A stretch of DNA of 52,526 nucleotides, taken from Bacteroidales bacterium. Its GTDB lineage: Bacteria > Bacteroidota > Bacteroidia > Bacteroidales > CAIWKO01. The translations under genes were made by a program, and so were the position numbers. Below, piece after piece: positions 29,642 through 44,800 of the stretch. The stretch is taken from contig DAOORA010000026.1 in assembly GCA_035389045.1 (NCBI GenBank), forward strand, positions 1-52,526, in the 5' to 3' direction. Positions within the stretch are counted from its first letter, which is position 1; each line of letters opens with the position of its first letter. The notes beneath the pieces are model-generated. The model was not told the origin of the DNA, made no database searches, and worked only from the letters and a program-made list of their open reading frames with translations.

Positions 29642-29834
29642 CATTGATTTCTTTAAATAATTATTAACTAATAAATTAGAATTTTGAAGAAAATTTACTT
29701 TCAAAATTGTATTATTTTATCTTTTCATTTCGAACAGGTTCTTGTTTGAAATGGAGTTTTTTTTTCACATATCAAATATCATTATGAGAAATATTGAAAT
29801 TTTAAAAAGAAATAAACATAAAAAACTAAACAAT

Positions 29835-32800
29835 ATGAAAAAAGTTTATTCACTTCTTGTGATTATGGCATTAACTGCATGTTTTGCGGTTTATGGAAAA
29901 ACGACCGGTATCAATATTAATCCGGGAATTAAGGCTTCGGCTACCGTTGCTGAAATTGACTTAAACAAGGCCAGCGATGGTTCAGGAAGTATAATTTTTA
30001 GTACACCTTCAGACTTTACTAAAATTTATACAACTCCCCAATGCAATAATGCAGCAGGAATGTTGTCTGATCCATTGATTTTCCTGAAAAATAAAGGTGT
30101 CTCGACACCATTGATTATTCCTAAACCGAATAATGGCTATCCGTCGTCAATAACTCAGGACCGGTATTGGAAACTATTAAGTTCAGATTATTTTACTGTC
30201 AATGGAGTTAATGTTCCTATTACAGCGCCTGATGCACCTACTGCCACTATTGGTACGACAACAGGTGTGACACCCGGTAGTGCAACATACGTTGATATTA
30301 CCCTGAGTGATTTCGGAGCACCAATTTCTGGATTTCAGTTCACAATAAGATTTGATACAAATTATCTTAAATATAGCAGCGTAACAAACTGGGCATCAGG
30401 AATTTCCGGTGTAGGCATTTTGCATAATTATTATGGTAGTATCGATGCATTGACTTTTGTCTGGGGTGATGCACCGGTCACGGTAAATGGGCTTTTTTGC
30501 AGAATAAATTTTACCTATAAAGCTTCCGCCAGTGGCTGCAAGACAGTAATCTGGTCAGATATGCCTACACCAAGACTATTTGCCGATGATAACTATAATG
30601 AATTTACAGTTACTTATGTGGACGGTCAAATATGCTCAGCTTCCTCTTGTTCCATCACGTTGAGTTCAGCGGTTGGGACTGACGCACAAACAAAATGTAT
30701 CAACACTGCTATTACAGATATAACTTACACTACTTCAGGTGCAACCGGGGCTACAATTACGGGCCTCCCTGCAGGCGTCACCGGTAGCTGGGCATCTAAT
30801 GTTGTAACTATCAGCGGAACCCCGACAGCTTCCGGTACCTATATTTATACAGTAACAACTGTAGGATGCGGCCCGGAATCAGCAACAGGCACAATAACTG
30901 TGACTCCCGACAATACGATCACATTGACCTCCGGAGGTACACAGACCGTATGTATCAATAATCCAATCACAACAACCACTTATACTACGACAGGCGCTAC
31001 CGGAGCCACGGCAACAGGCCTTCCGGCAGGTGTAACCGGCAGCTGGGTTTCCAATGTTGTAACAATTAGCGGCACACCAACAGCTTCCGGTACATTTAAT
31101 TATACAGTGACCCTTACCGGAGGGTGTGGTTCCGTGTCTACTACAGGCACCATTACTGTAAACCCTGAAAATACACTTGCATTGACTGCAGGTGGCACAC
31201 AAACGGTATGTGTCAACACACCGGTTACAACAACAACTTATGCTACAACGGGTGCTACGGGTGCCACTGTTACAGGCCTTCCCGCCGGAGTAACGGGTAG
31301 CTGGTCAGCCAATGTGGTGACCATCAGTGGCACACCGACTGCCGCTGGTACATATAATTATACTGTTACTTTAACCGGAGGATGTGGAACAATATCTGCC
31401 TCAGGAACAATAACAGTTTCACAAGACAACACTATTACCTTAACAGCCGGTGGTACACAGACTGCATGTATCAATACTGCGATAACAACAACCACGTATG
31501 CCACCACAGGTGCTACCGGTGCTACTATTACCGGATTGCCTGCAGGAGTAACAGGCAGCTGGGCTTCCAATGTTGTCACCATCAGCGGTTCACCAACGGC
31601 AATTGGTACCTATAATTATACTGTTACAACAACAGGTGGTTGTGGAACAGCATCGGCAACGGGTACTATTACAGTGATACCTGATAATACTATTTCTTTG
31701 ACTGCAGGCGGTAGCCAAACAGTTTGTATCAGCACCCCTGTTACGACTACCACTTATGGCACTACAGGCGCTACAGGTGCAACAGTAACAGGTCTCCCGG
31801 CCGGTGTAACCGGAAGTTGGGCGGCAGATGTAGTGACTATCAGTGGCACCCCGACAGCAGACGGTACCTATAATTATACCGTTACACTTACCGGGGGGTG
31901 CGGAAACGTATCGGCAACAGGCACCATCACGGTAACACCTGACAACACCATTACATTGACTGCCGGAGGCACACAAACTTTATGTATCAATACCCCTATC
32001 ACAACCACTACCTATGCTACAACAGGAGCCACGGGAGCCACAATTACAGGTTTACCGGCAGGCGTCACAGGTAGCTGGGCTTCCGATGTGGTGACTATAA
32101 CTGGCACACCAACTGCAGACGGTACCTATAATTATACAGTTACACTTACCGGAGGTTGCGGAACAGTTACCGCCAACGGAACAATTACCGTTACAACATC
32201 CAACACGATTACACTAACGACAGGCGGTACCCAGACAGCATGTATCAATACCCCTGTCACAACAACAACCTACACTACAACAGGAGCCACCGGTGCTACG
32301 GTAACAGGGTTACCTGCAGGTGTTACTGGCAGCTGGGCATCCGATGTCGTCACTATCAGCGGCACACCGACAGCAGCCGGCACATATAATTATACCGTAT
32401 CACTTACTGGAGGATGCGGAGTAATAACAGCCACAGGGACAATCACAGTTTCGGGTAACAATACTCTTTCATTAACTGCCGGCGGTACTCAAACCGTGTC
32501 GGTGAACACTCCGATAACCACAACAACCTATGCCACCACTGGAGCCACAGGAGCCACCATCACAGGATTACCGGCAGGCGTTACAGGTAGCTGGGCTTCC
32601 AATGTGGTAACCATCAGCGGCACCCCCACAGCAGCAGGTACATATAACTATACAGTGACAACAACAGGCGGCTGCGGAACAGCTACCGCAACAGGAACGA
32701 TTACCGTGACTTCGGCGGCTGCTCCCACAGCTACCATTGAAACTATTACCGGAGCATGCCCGGGTGATATTGCAAATGTAGACGTTACCCTGAGTAATTT

Positions 32801-35800
32801 TAATGCTCCTATTTCAGGATTCCAATATACTATAAGGTATGATACCAATTATCTGCACTATGTCAGCACCACAAACTGGGCAGCTGGAATCTCAGGTGTA
32901 GGAATACAGCACAATTATTATGGAAGCATCGACGCGCTGACCTTCGTCTGGGGTGATACACCCGTATCCGTCAGCGGCCTTCTTTCACAGCTGAATTTCA
33001 TTTATAAAGCTCCTCCATCAGGATGTCATAACATCATCTGGTCGGATGCTCCAACTCCAAGACTTTTCGCTGATGATAACTATAACGAATTCACCGTTAC
33101 CTATGTAGATGGAATGATCTGTCCGATAGCACCCGAGGTCATCACCGGAACAACTCCTATATGTATTGGCGCTACAGAAACATGGACAAGCACCACCTCA
33201 GGCGGTACATGGACAAGCTCTGCTCCAACTATTGCCACGGTTGATCCCGCTACAGGCGTCGTAACCGGTATCGCTGCTGGAACTTCTCTGATCACCTATG
33301 CCGTCACCATCGGAAGCTGTGTCAATACAGCAACTCAAAACGTCACCATTTTACCGGTTAACACCATTACATTAACTGCCGGCGGTACTCAAACCGTGCC
33401 GGTGAACACTCCGATAACCACAACAACCTATGCTACCACTGGAGCCACAGGAGCCACCGTCACAGGATTGCCGGCAGGCGTTACCGGAAGCTGGGCTACC
33501 GATGTCGTAACCATCAGCGGCACCCCCACAGCAGCAGGTACATATAACTATACGGTGACAACAACAGGCGGCTGCGGAACAGCTACCGCAACAGGAACGA
33601 TTACCGTGACTTCGGCGGCTGCTCCCACAGCTACCATTGAAACTATTACCGGAGCATGCCCGGGTGATATTGCAAATGTAGACGTTACCCTGAGTAATTT
33701 TAATGCTCCTATTTCAGGATTCCAATATACTATAAGGTATGATACCAATTATCTGCACTATGTCAGCACCACAAACTGGGCAGCTGGAATCTCAGGTGTA
33801 GGAATACAGCACAATTATTATGGAAGCATCGACGCGCTGACCTTCGTCTGGGGTGATACACCCGTATCCGTCAGCGGCCTTCTTTCACAGCTGAATTTCA
33901 TTTATAAAGCTCCTCCATCAGGATGTCATAACATCATCTGGTCGGATGCTCCAACTCCAAGACTTTTCGCTGATGATAACTATAACGAATTCACCGTTAC
34001 CTATGTAGATGGAATGATCTGTCCGATAGCACCCGAGGTCATCACCGGAACAACTCCTATATGTATTGGCGCTACAGAAACATGGACAAGCACCACCTCA
34101 GGCGGTACATGGACAAGCTCTGCTCCAACTATTGCCACGGTTGATCCCGCTACAGGCGTCGTAACCGGTATCGCTGCTGGAACTTCTCTGATCACCTATG
34201 CCGTCACCATCGGAAGCTGTGTCAATACAGCAACTCAAATCGTTACCATAACAGCTCCGACAGCTCAGACCATCACCGGAACAACTCCTATATGTGTTGG
34301 TTCTTCAGAAACATGGACAAGCACCACAACAGGCGGTACCTGGTCAAGCGCTGATCCTTTGATCGCTGCAATTGATGCTTCAACAGGCGCTGTTACAGGC
34401 ATTGCTGCCGGAACTGCGCTTATCAGTTATACACTCACAGAAGGCGTTTGTGTAAGCACGACGACCAAGGTAGTCACTATTGGCGCTCCTATTGCTCAGA
34501 CAATCACAGGTACTACTCCTATCTGCGTTGGCGCTTCCGAAACATGGACAAGCACCACCACAGGAGGTACATGGATAAGTTCTGATCCTTTGATTGCAAC
34601 AATTGACGTTGCAACAGGCGTTGTCACAGGAATAGCAGCCGGAACATCCCTGATCACCTATGCTGTTACGGTAGACGGTTGCGTGAACACCGCTACCCAG
34701 ACCGTAACGATTACGGCTCCTGTCGCACAAACAATCACAGGAACAACACCTATATGTACTGGCGCTACAGAAACATGGTCAAGCACCACCTCAGGCGGTA
34801 CCTGGTCAAGCTCTGCTCCAACTATTGCTACGGTTGATCCCGCTACGGGCGTCGTAACCGGCATCGCTGCTGGAACTTCTCTGATCACCTATTCCGTGAC
34901 TGTTGGACCTTGTACCTCGACAGCAACACAAACCGTTACCATTACAGCTCCGACAGCTCAGACCATCACAGGAACTACTCCTATCTGCGTCGGTTCTGCA
35001 GAAACGTGGACAAGTTCCACATCTGGCGGTACATGGACCAGTTCTGATCCATTAATTGCTACAATTGACGCTTCCACAGGTGTTGTAACAGGCATAGCAG
35101 CCGGAACATCCCTGATCACCTATTCGGTAACAGTTGGCGCATGTATTTGTACAGCAACACAAACTGTTACTATTTCTGGCCCTACAGCTCAGACCATTAC
35201 AGGAACAACCCCATTGTGTGTAGGATCAACTGAGAACTGGACAAGCACAACAACAGGAGGAACCTGGACAAGTTCAGATCCGTTGATTGCCACTATTGAT
35301 GGGACAACAGGTGTTGTCACCGGAGTTGCTGGCGGGACATCCTTAATTACATACATAGTAACTGTGAATGGCTGTGTGAACACCGCAACCCAAATTGTAA
35401 CAATCACGTCTCCGATTGCTCAGACGATCACAGGTTTAAATCCCATTTGCATGGGCGCCAAGGTACCCTGGTCGAGCACTACCCCCGGCGGAACATGGAC
35501 AAGTTCAAATGTTACCATTGCTACCGTTGATGATGTGACGGGGTTAGTAACAGGATTAGCTGCCGGCACTTCACTGATCACCTATTCAGTAACGATTGGA
35601 GGTTGTGTTAATACGGCAACACGCACTGTAACTGTATTACCAGACAACACGGTAACACTTACAACTGGTGGATCACAGACCGTAATTGTTAATACACCTA
35701 TTACCACGACTACATATAACACGACGGGCGCAACTGGAGCTACCATAACTGGCCTCCCTGCAGGTGTTACCGGCAGTTGGGCAGCTGATGTCGTAACTAT

Positions 35801-38800
35801 AAGCGGCACGCCTACTGCTACCGGAACATATAATTATACAGTTGCTACAACGGGAGGATGCGGTACTATCTCTACCATTGGTACAATTACAGTAATAACG
35901 TACATTGATATAATAGCCCTTTGCCATGACACAACGGCTTTGCTTGATATTAATGGTAATGTGTCTATTACTCCGGATATGGTAGATAACGGATCCTTTG
36001 CAATTGCCGGAATAGCGTCCATGACTGTTACACCCAACGCATTTTCATGTGGAAGTACCGGCCCGAATCTGGTAGTCCTCACCGTTACGGATAACCTCGG
36101 TAATACCGCAACCTGTTCAGCGACAGTTATGATTTTGGATACCATCCCGCCAATCATTACCTGCCCTCCTGATGTTCATGTGAATAATGTTCCCGGACTT
36201 TGCTCCGCATGGGTTAATTACATGCTTCCGACATATACGGATAACTGCTCACCCGACGTGGTTGATCCTATCGTTAACGGAAGTTTTGAAACCGGGAATT
36301 ATTCAGGCTGGACGATCTGGTGCAGTAATACTTATGGAACATGGGGTATTGGTAATACCGGCCAGACATTAAATCCCGGAGGTACAATGTACGATTATTA
36401 TAATAATGCAAATGAAATCCAGGGGTCACCAGGTTTACCAATCACATTTGCTCCAACAGATGGTACCCATATGGGGGTATTCCTGCAGAATGGACCGGCT
36501 GCCCATCGCCTCTATCAGGATGTAACATTACCTTATGGTAACATATATTTAAACGTTGATTTAAAATACACCGACCATTCCGTTACAGGATTCGGCAGTA
36601 CTCAGTTTATTGCAATCAACCTGAAAGATCCTATAAGCAATATGCTTATTGAGCAATTGTTTATTACAAGCCCCGGAGATCCTGCATCTATCCCGATGAC
36701 GTCATTAACTTTCAATGTATCTTCTTATGCCGGTCAGAATGTCAGGTTAGAAATAGTAGAGTCAAACGTTACTCAGCAGTATCTGGATGTTTTATTTGAC
36801 AATATTAAAATTACAGGAAACTACCTCGATATGGTACAAACTACAGGGCTTCCAAGTGGCTCTATCTTCCCGGTTGGAACTACTGTAAATACCTTTTTGG
36901 CTACCGATTCATCGGGCAATACATCTACATGCAGTTTCAATGTAGTGGTCACGGATAACAGGCCTCCGACAGCGCTTTGCCAGAATATCACGATGCCTCT
37001 TGATGCGAACGGAAATGCAATTATTGCCGGAAATGACATTGATAACGGCTCTCATGATGAATGTGGAATAGCCTCCCTGGTTGCTGTTCCCAACACCTTA
37101 ACCTGTGCCAATGTCGGAACACCTGCTACCGTAACACTCACCGTTACAGACAACAATGGCAATACGTCAACATGCACAGCCTTAGTAACTGTCTTGGATA
37201 ATACACCTCCAACAGCAATTTGTCATGACACCGTAATCCTGCTTGATATTTCAGGAAATGCCAGCATCGTACCTTCTGATGTGGACGGAGGTTCGTCAGA
37301 TGCTTGTGGTATCGCTTCCATGAGTGTTTATCCCAATACCTTTACCACTGCAGATCTTGGACCTAATACCGTTACACTGACTGTTACAGATATCAACGGA
37401 AACAGTTCTACCTGCACTGCTATAGTTACCATAACTTTTGAAAGTAATCCTCCCACTGCACTCTGCCATGATACGACAGTATACCTGGATGCCACAGGTA
37501 ATGTTATGATTACACCCGATATGGTTGACGATGGCTCCTGGGATGACAGTGGAATAGGTTCCATGATTGTAACACCCGATGCGTTTACCTGCGCGGAAAT
37601 AGGGCCTAACACCGTTACGCTGACTGTTACAGATTTAAGCGGAAACAGTGCAACCTGCACCGCTATTGTTACAGTTTTGGATACCATACCACCTGCCCTG
37701 ACCTGTTCTTCAGATATCATCACAGGCAATGACCCCGTAACATGCGGAGCCATTGTTAATTACAATATTCCAATAGCCACTGATAACTGTGGAACCATTA
37801 ATCTCAATCCTATTGTTAACGGAAGCTTTGAAACCGGGGATTATACCGGTTGGAATTTGTTCAGCAGTGTTAATGGATATTTCAGTACATGGGGCATTGG
37901 TGCTACAGGACAGGTGATTTCGCCTAGTAGTTACTTCTTTGACTATTTCGATATGGCAATGGAACAGCAATTTTCACCCGGCCTGCCCTATACCTGCGCT
38001 CCGACTGATGGTAATTACATGGGCGTATTTTTACAGAATGGCATGGCTACTCATAGGTTGTATCAGGATTTAACATTACCTAACGGTAATATAAGTTTGA
38101 ATTTTGACCTCCAATATGCAAATCATTCAGGTGGTGGATTTTCTGCTTCCCAATATATTTCTGTAAATCTCCGTAATCCGTTGAATGATGCACTTATTCA
38201 ACAATTATTTGTTACAAATCCCGGAGATCCTAATCTTATACCAATGACTCCTTTCACCTTTAATATTGCACCTTATGCAGGACAGAATATTAGGTTGGAA
38301 ATCATTGAAGCTAATATTTCATCTTATTATTTCGATGTAATGTTCGATAATATCAGGATAACCGGTGCAACAGGCGGAAGTTCTGTAACATTGGTTCAGA
38401 CTGCCGGATTGCCCAGCGGGTCATTGTTCCCGATCGGAACCACCACCAATACGTTTGTTGCTACAGATGTTTCCGGGAATACAGCAACATGTTCGTTTGA
38501 CGTTACCGTGAACGATGTCGAAGCACCGACAGCGATCTGCCAGGATGTAACGGTATATCTCGATGCATCAGGCAATGCTTCCATCACTCCGGCTATGGTT
38601 GATAATGGTTCTTATGATAATCCTGCACCTGCTTCTACTTATACCTACAATTTTGATGGAAGCACTCAAGGCTGGTCCACTGTTGCTGAAGGAGTTACCT
38701 GTAGTGGTAATGCAGTTTCCGGGAACAACTGGGGACTTCAGGCTCATGCCTATACAGGGACTAACAGCTATGGTAATACCAATGTTGGTTCATCCGGTGC

Positions 38801-41800
38801 TGAAAACAGCTACATTATGTCACCTGTATTGACACTTTCAGGCGCAACAACAATTGAGTTTGAATCGTTTTCTAATAACGAACAGGGCTTCCCATGCAAC
38901 TATGATGTTGAAATAATTGAAATTTCAACGGATAATGGCATGACATGGTCCAATCTGAATGGAAGTGGTATTGCTAACCTTAATGGTGTTTATGCAGATG
39001 CTCAATGGAGGTCGATCAGTGTGTCTACCAATGTTTCAAATACTACAACCGGCAGGATTCGCTTCAGATATGATACTGGTGATGACTATGCAGGCTTGTC
39101 AGGTACGAATCTGGGTTGGTATATTGATGATGTTACGATTACAACCGCTCCCACACCTTGTTCAACCATATCATTAGCAGTTGATATTACTGATTTTGAT
39201 TGCACAGATTTAGGTTCCAATAATGTTACATTAACAGTAACTGACAGCAGCGGCAATACAGCTACATGCACCTCTACGGTGACAGTCCTTGATACGGTCA
39301 CTCCGATTATCACCTGCGCTGATTATACCAGAAATACCGATCCGGGCGTCTGTGAATACACCGTGGCGGGCAATGAATTTGATCCTGTTATTTCTAATGA
39401 AAACTGCCCCTCACCTATTATCTGGAATAGTTATAATTTCGGCAGTACACTTGGTGGTGAAATTTTACCGACCGGTACCACCAATGTTACATGGATTGTA
39501 TCCGATATGAGTGGTAACTCTGACGTATGTCAGCAAATTATCACCATTACAGATACTGAACCTCCAGCGCTTACCTGTCCTGCCGATATCCATGTTAACA
39601 ATGATCCCGGCTATTGCGGAGCTACTGTAACATATATTGCGCCTGTTGGCACTGATAATTGTCCGGGCACGGTTACTACAGTTCAGACAGCCGGATTGCC
39701 CAGCGGCTCATTCTTCCCGGTAGATACTACTATAAATACATTTGTTACTTCGGATGCTTTAGGTAATTCTGATACTTGTAGTTTTATGGTCATTGTAACC
39801 GATAATGAACTTCCTGTTTTCAGTTGTCCTTTTGCTCCTTATGGAATCGTACGTGCAGCTGACAGTGGAGTTTGCACAGCTTATGTCACGGTACCAATGA
39901 TTGATCCCTGGGATAATTGTAGTGTTGATTCGGTGGCCAATGATTTCAACGGGACTGCGGATGCCAGCGGAGATTATCCGGTTGGTATCACAACGGTGAC
40001 CTGGACAGTTTGGGATGTTAATGGAAATACCAATATCTGTAAAGATTACATCCACGTGGTTGATGATCAGACACCAACCGTTGTAACACAAGACATCACT
40101 GTTTACCTGAATTCCTCCGGATTTGCTGCTATTGTGCCTGCCGATATTGACAATGGCTCGTTCGATAACTGCAGTATCATTGACTGGTCACTTTCTCAGA
40201 CTATGTTTACCTGTGCCAATGTAGGAATTCCTAATATTGTAACACTGACCGTAACCGATACAAACGGTAATCAGGCTGCCGGAACAGCTACTGTTACTGT
40301 TTTAGATACGATCGCACCGGAAGTATTCTGTAGTAATATTATTGTACAACTTGATCCGTCAGGAAATGCAGTTATCACTCCTGACCAGGTCTTCAATAAT
40401 GGTTATGACATTTGCGGGTTAGGAACTATGACTGTTACACCAAATACGTTCACCTGCTTAAATATTGGTCAAAACATCGTAACACTTACAGTTAGTGATT
40501 TAAGTGGTAATACTGCCACCTGCAACGCCATAGTAATTGTTCAGGACGTTGTTCCTCCGGTGGCTCTATGCCAGAATATTACGGTTTATCTTGATGAAAC
40601 TGGTATTGCCACCATCGACGCCAATGATATTGATAACGGATCTTACGATGATTGCGCAATCCTGGGAATGGTAGCTGCACCGTTTGCATTCACCTGCTTC
40701 AATATCGGAGACAACGATGTCATTCTTGCTGTTGCCGACATTTCAGGAAATATTTCATACTGCACAGCTGTTGTCACCGTGATAGATACAATATCTCCTG
40801 TTGCAGCATGCCAGAATATTACCGTTGAACTTGATGCTTCAGGCAATGCAACGATTACGCCGGAACAAGTTGATAATGGTTCATCCGATGCTTGTGGTAT
40901 AGCCTCGATGTCTGTTTCACCCAACTCATTTACCTGTGCTAATTTAGGATGGAACATAGTAACACTAACCGTTACAGATGAAAATGGAAATACGGCCACA
41001 TGTACATCAATTGTTAATATCATTGATGTTACTCCTCCGGTTGCAGTATGTCAGAGCATAACCGTACAACTTGATGCTACAGGCAACGCTTCAATCACTG
41101 CAGCACAGATAAATAATGGTTCGTATGATGCATGCGGTATTGACGAGATGACTGTAACACCCAATACATTTACCTGCGACAATGTGGGTGCAAATATGGT
41201 TACCCTGACTGTATCTGATATCAGTGGCAATGTTTCTACCTGCAACGCACTGGTAACGGTAGAAGATGTGACACCACCGATGGCACTTTGTCAGAACATC
41301 ACGGTATCACTCGACGCTTCAGGATTTGTTAACATTACTGCTGCCCAGGTTGATAACGGTTCATCGGATAACTGCGGTATTGCCACGATGACCGTAGCGC
41401 CGGATGCATTTACCTGCTCCAACGTCGGCCAGAATACAGTAACACTTACAGTAACCGATGTTTATGGTAATGTTTCGACCTGCACTGCAGTTGTTACCAT
41501 TCAGGATGCGACACCTCCTGTTGCAGTTTGCCAAGATATTACAATAACGCTCGACGCTACGGGTAACGCCTCGATCACTGCTTCACAAATAAATAACGGA
41601 TCAAGTGATGCTTGTGGAATCAGCACGATAACAGTTACCCCTGATGCCTTTACCTGTGCCAACGTCGGGCCTAACACTGTTACTTTAACAGTAACCGACC
41701 AGAATGGTAACACATCTACCTGTACTGCCACTGTGACTGTTCATGAAGTTATTCCTCCAGTGGCTATATGCCAGAACATCACCGTTCAGCTCGATGCCAC

Positions 41801-44800
41801 CGGAAATGTTTCTATCACTGCCGCTCAGATCAATAATGGTTCTTATGACAACTGCGGTATAGATACCATAACCGTGGCTCCTTATACTTTCACCTGTGCA
41901 AACGTAGGCGCCAACATGGTTGTATTGACAGTCACTGATGTAGACGGAAATATTTCTACCTGCGACGCTCTGGTAACAGTAGAAGATGCCACACCGCCGA
42001 CTGCGCTTTGCCATGACATCACCGTACAACTCGATGCTTCAGGATTTGTTAACATCACTGCTTCCCAGGTTGACAACGGTTCATCGGATAACTGCGGTAT
42101 TGCAACTATGACCGTGGCTCCGGATGCATTTACCTGCTCCAGTGTCGGTGCGAATACAGTAACACTTACGGTAACTGATACTTATGGTAATGTTTCTACC
42201 TGCACTGCAGTTGTTACCGTTCAGGATGCCACACCTCCTGTTGCAATCTGTCAGGATATTACGATTACTCTGGATGCTACGGGTAACGCCTCGATCACTG
42301 CTTCACAAATAAATAACGGATCAAGTGATGCTTGTGGAATCAGCACGATAACAGTTACCCCTGATGCCTTTACCTGTGCCAACGTCGGGCCTAACACTGT
42401 TACTTTAACAGTAACCGACCAGAATGGTAACACATCTACCTGTACTGCCACTGTGACTGTTCATGAAGTTATTCCTCCAGTGGCTATATGCCAGAACATC
42501 ACCGTTCAGCTCGATGCCACCGGAAATGTTTCTATCACTGCCGCTCAGATCAATAATGGTTCTTATGACAACTGCGGTATAGATACCATAACCGTGGCTC
42601 CTTATACTTTCACCTGTGCAAACGTAGGCGCCAACATGGTTGTATTGACAGTCACTGATGTAGACGGAAATATTTCTACCTGCGACGCTCTGGTAACAGT
42701 AGAAGATGCCACGCCGCCGACTGCGCTTTGCCATGACATCACTGTACAACTCGATGCTTCAGGATTTGTTAACATCACTGCTGCCCAGGTTGACAACGGT
42801 TCATCAGATAACTGCGGTATTGCTACGATGACCGTAGCTCCGGATGCATTTACATGCTCCAACGTCGGTCCGAATACTGTAACACTCACGGTAACCGATG
42901 TTTATGGAAATGTTTCTACCTGCACGGCCATAGTCACCGTTCAGGATGCTACACTGCCCGTTGCCGTCTGCCAGGATATCACCGTTCAGCTCGATGCTTC
43001 AGGTAATGCTTCGATCACCGCTTCACAAATTAATAACGGTTCTAGCGATGCCTGCGGAATTGAAAGTATAACGGTCAGCCCGAATACCTTCACCTGTGCC
43101 AATGTCGGAGCCAATACCGTAACATTAACGGTTACCGATAACAATGGCAATACTTCGGTTTGCACTGCTACGGTGACAGTTGAGGATGCTACTCCCCCGA
43201 CGGCATTATGCCAGAACATCACCGTTCAGCTCGATGCCACAGGTAATGCTTCTATCACAGCCGTACAGATCAACAATGGTTCTTACGATAACTGCGGTAT
43301 TGATACCATAACCGTTGCGCCTTACACCTTCACCTGTGCCAATGTAGGCGCTAACATGGTGCTGCTGACGGTTACCGATGTCAATGGCAACGTTTCTACC
43401 TGCGACGCTTTGGTGACTGTAGAAGATGCTACACCGCCGACGGCGCTCTGCCAGGATATCACTGTCCAGCTTGACGCTTCAGGATTTGTTAACATCACTG
43501 CTGCCCAGGTTGACAACGGTTCATCAGATAACTGCGGTATTGCTACGATGACCGTAGCTCCGGATGCATTTACATGCTCCAACGTCGGTCCGAATACTGT
43601 AACACTCACGGTAACCGATGTTTATGGAAATGTTTCTACCTGCACGGCCATAGTCACCGTTCAGGATGCTACACTGCCCGTTGCCGTCTGCCAGGATATC
43701 ACCGTTCAGCTCGATGCTTCAGGTAATGCTTCGATCACCGCTTCACAAATTAATAACGGTTCTAGCGATGCCTGCGGAATTGAAAGTATAACGGTCAGCC
43801 CGAATACCTTCACCTGTGCCAATGTCGGAGCCAATACCGTAACATTAACGGTTACCGATAACAATGGCAATACTTCGGTTTGCACTGCTACGGTGACAGT
43901 TGAGGATGCTACTCCCCCGACGGCATTATGCCAGAACATCACCGTTCAGCTCGATGCCACAGGTAATGCTTCTATCACAGCCGTACAGATCAACAATGGT
44001 TCTTACGATAACTGCGGTATTGATACCATAACCGTTGCGCCTTACACCTTCACCTGTGCCAATGTCGGCGCTAACATGGTGCTGCTGACGGTTACCGATG
44101 TCAATGGCAATGTTTCTACCTGCGACGCATTGGTGACGGTAGTAGATCCAACAATGCCTACGGCGCTTTGCCAGAACATCACCGTTCAACTCGACGCTTC
44201 AGGATTTGTTAACATCACTGCTGCCCAGGTTGACAACGGTTCATCGGATAACTGCGGTATTGCTACTATGACCGTGGCGCCGGATGCATTTACCTGCTCC
44301 AACGTTGGTCCTAATACGGTAACGCTCACGGTAACCGATGTTTATGGAAATGTTTCTACCTGCACAGCCATAATCACCGTTCAGGATGCTACGCTGCCCG
44401 TTGCAGTATGCCAGGATATCACCGTTCAACTTGATGTTTCAGGAAATGCTTCGATCACCGCTTCACAGATCAACAACGGTTCAAGCGATGCCTGCGGAAT
44501 TGAAAGTATAACGGTTAGCCCGAATACTTTTACCTGTTCCAATGTCGGACAGAACATGGTTACATTAACCGTAACCGATATGAATGGTAATAGCTCGATA
44601 TGTACTGCCACTGTTGTTGTTGAAGATGTAAATCCTCCGACAGCTATTTGTCAGAGTATCACGGTACAACTCGATGCCACAGGCCAGGCTTCCATCACAG
44701 CCGCACAGATAAATAACGGTTCATCTGACAACTGCGGTATTGATACCATGTATGTGGCTCCTGATTCATTCACTTGTGCTGATTTAGGTGCCAATATGGT

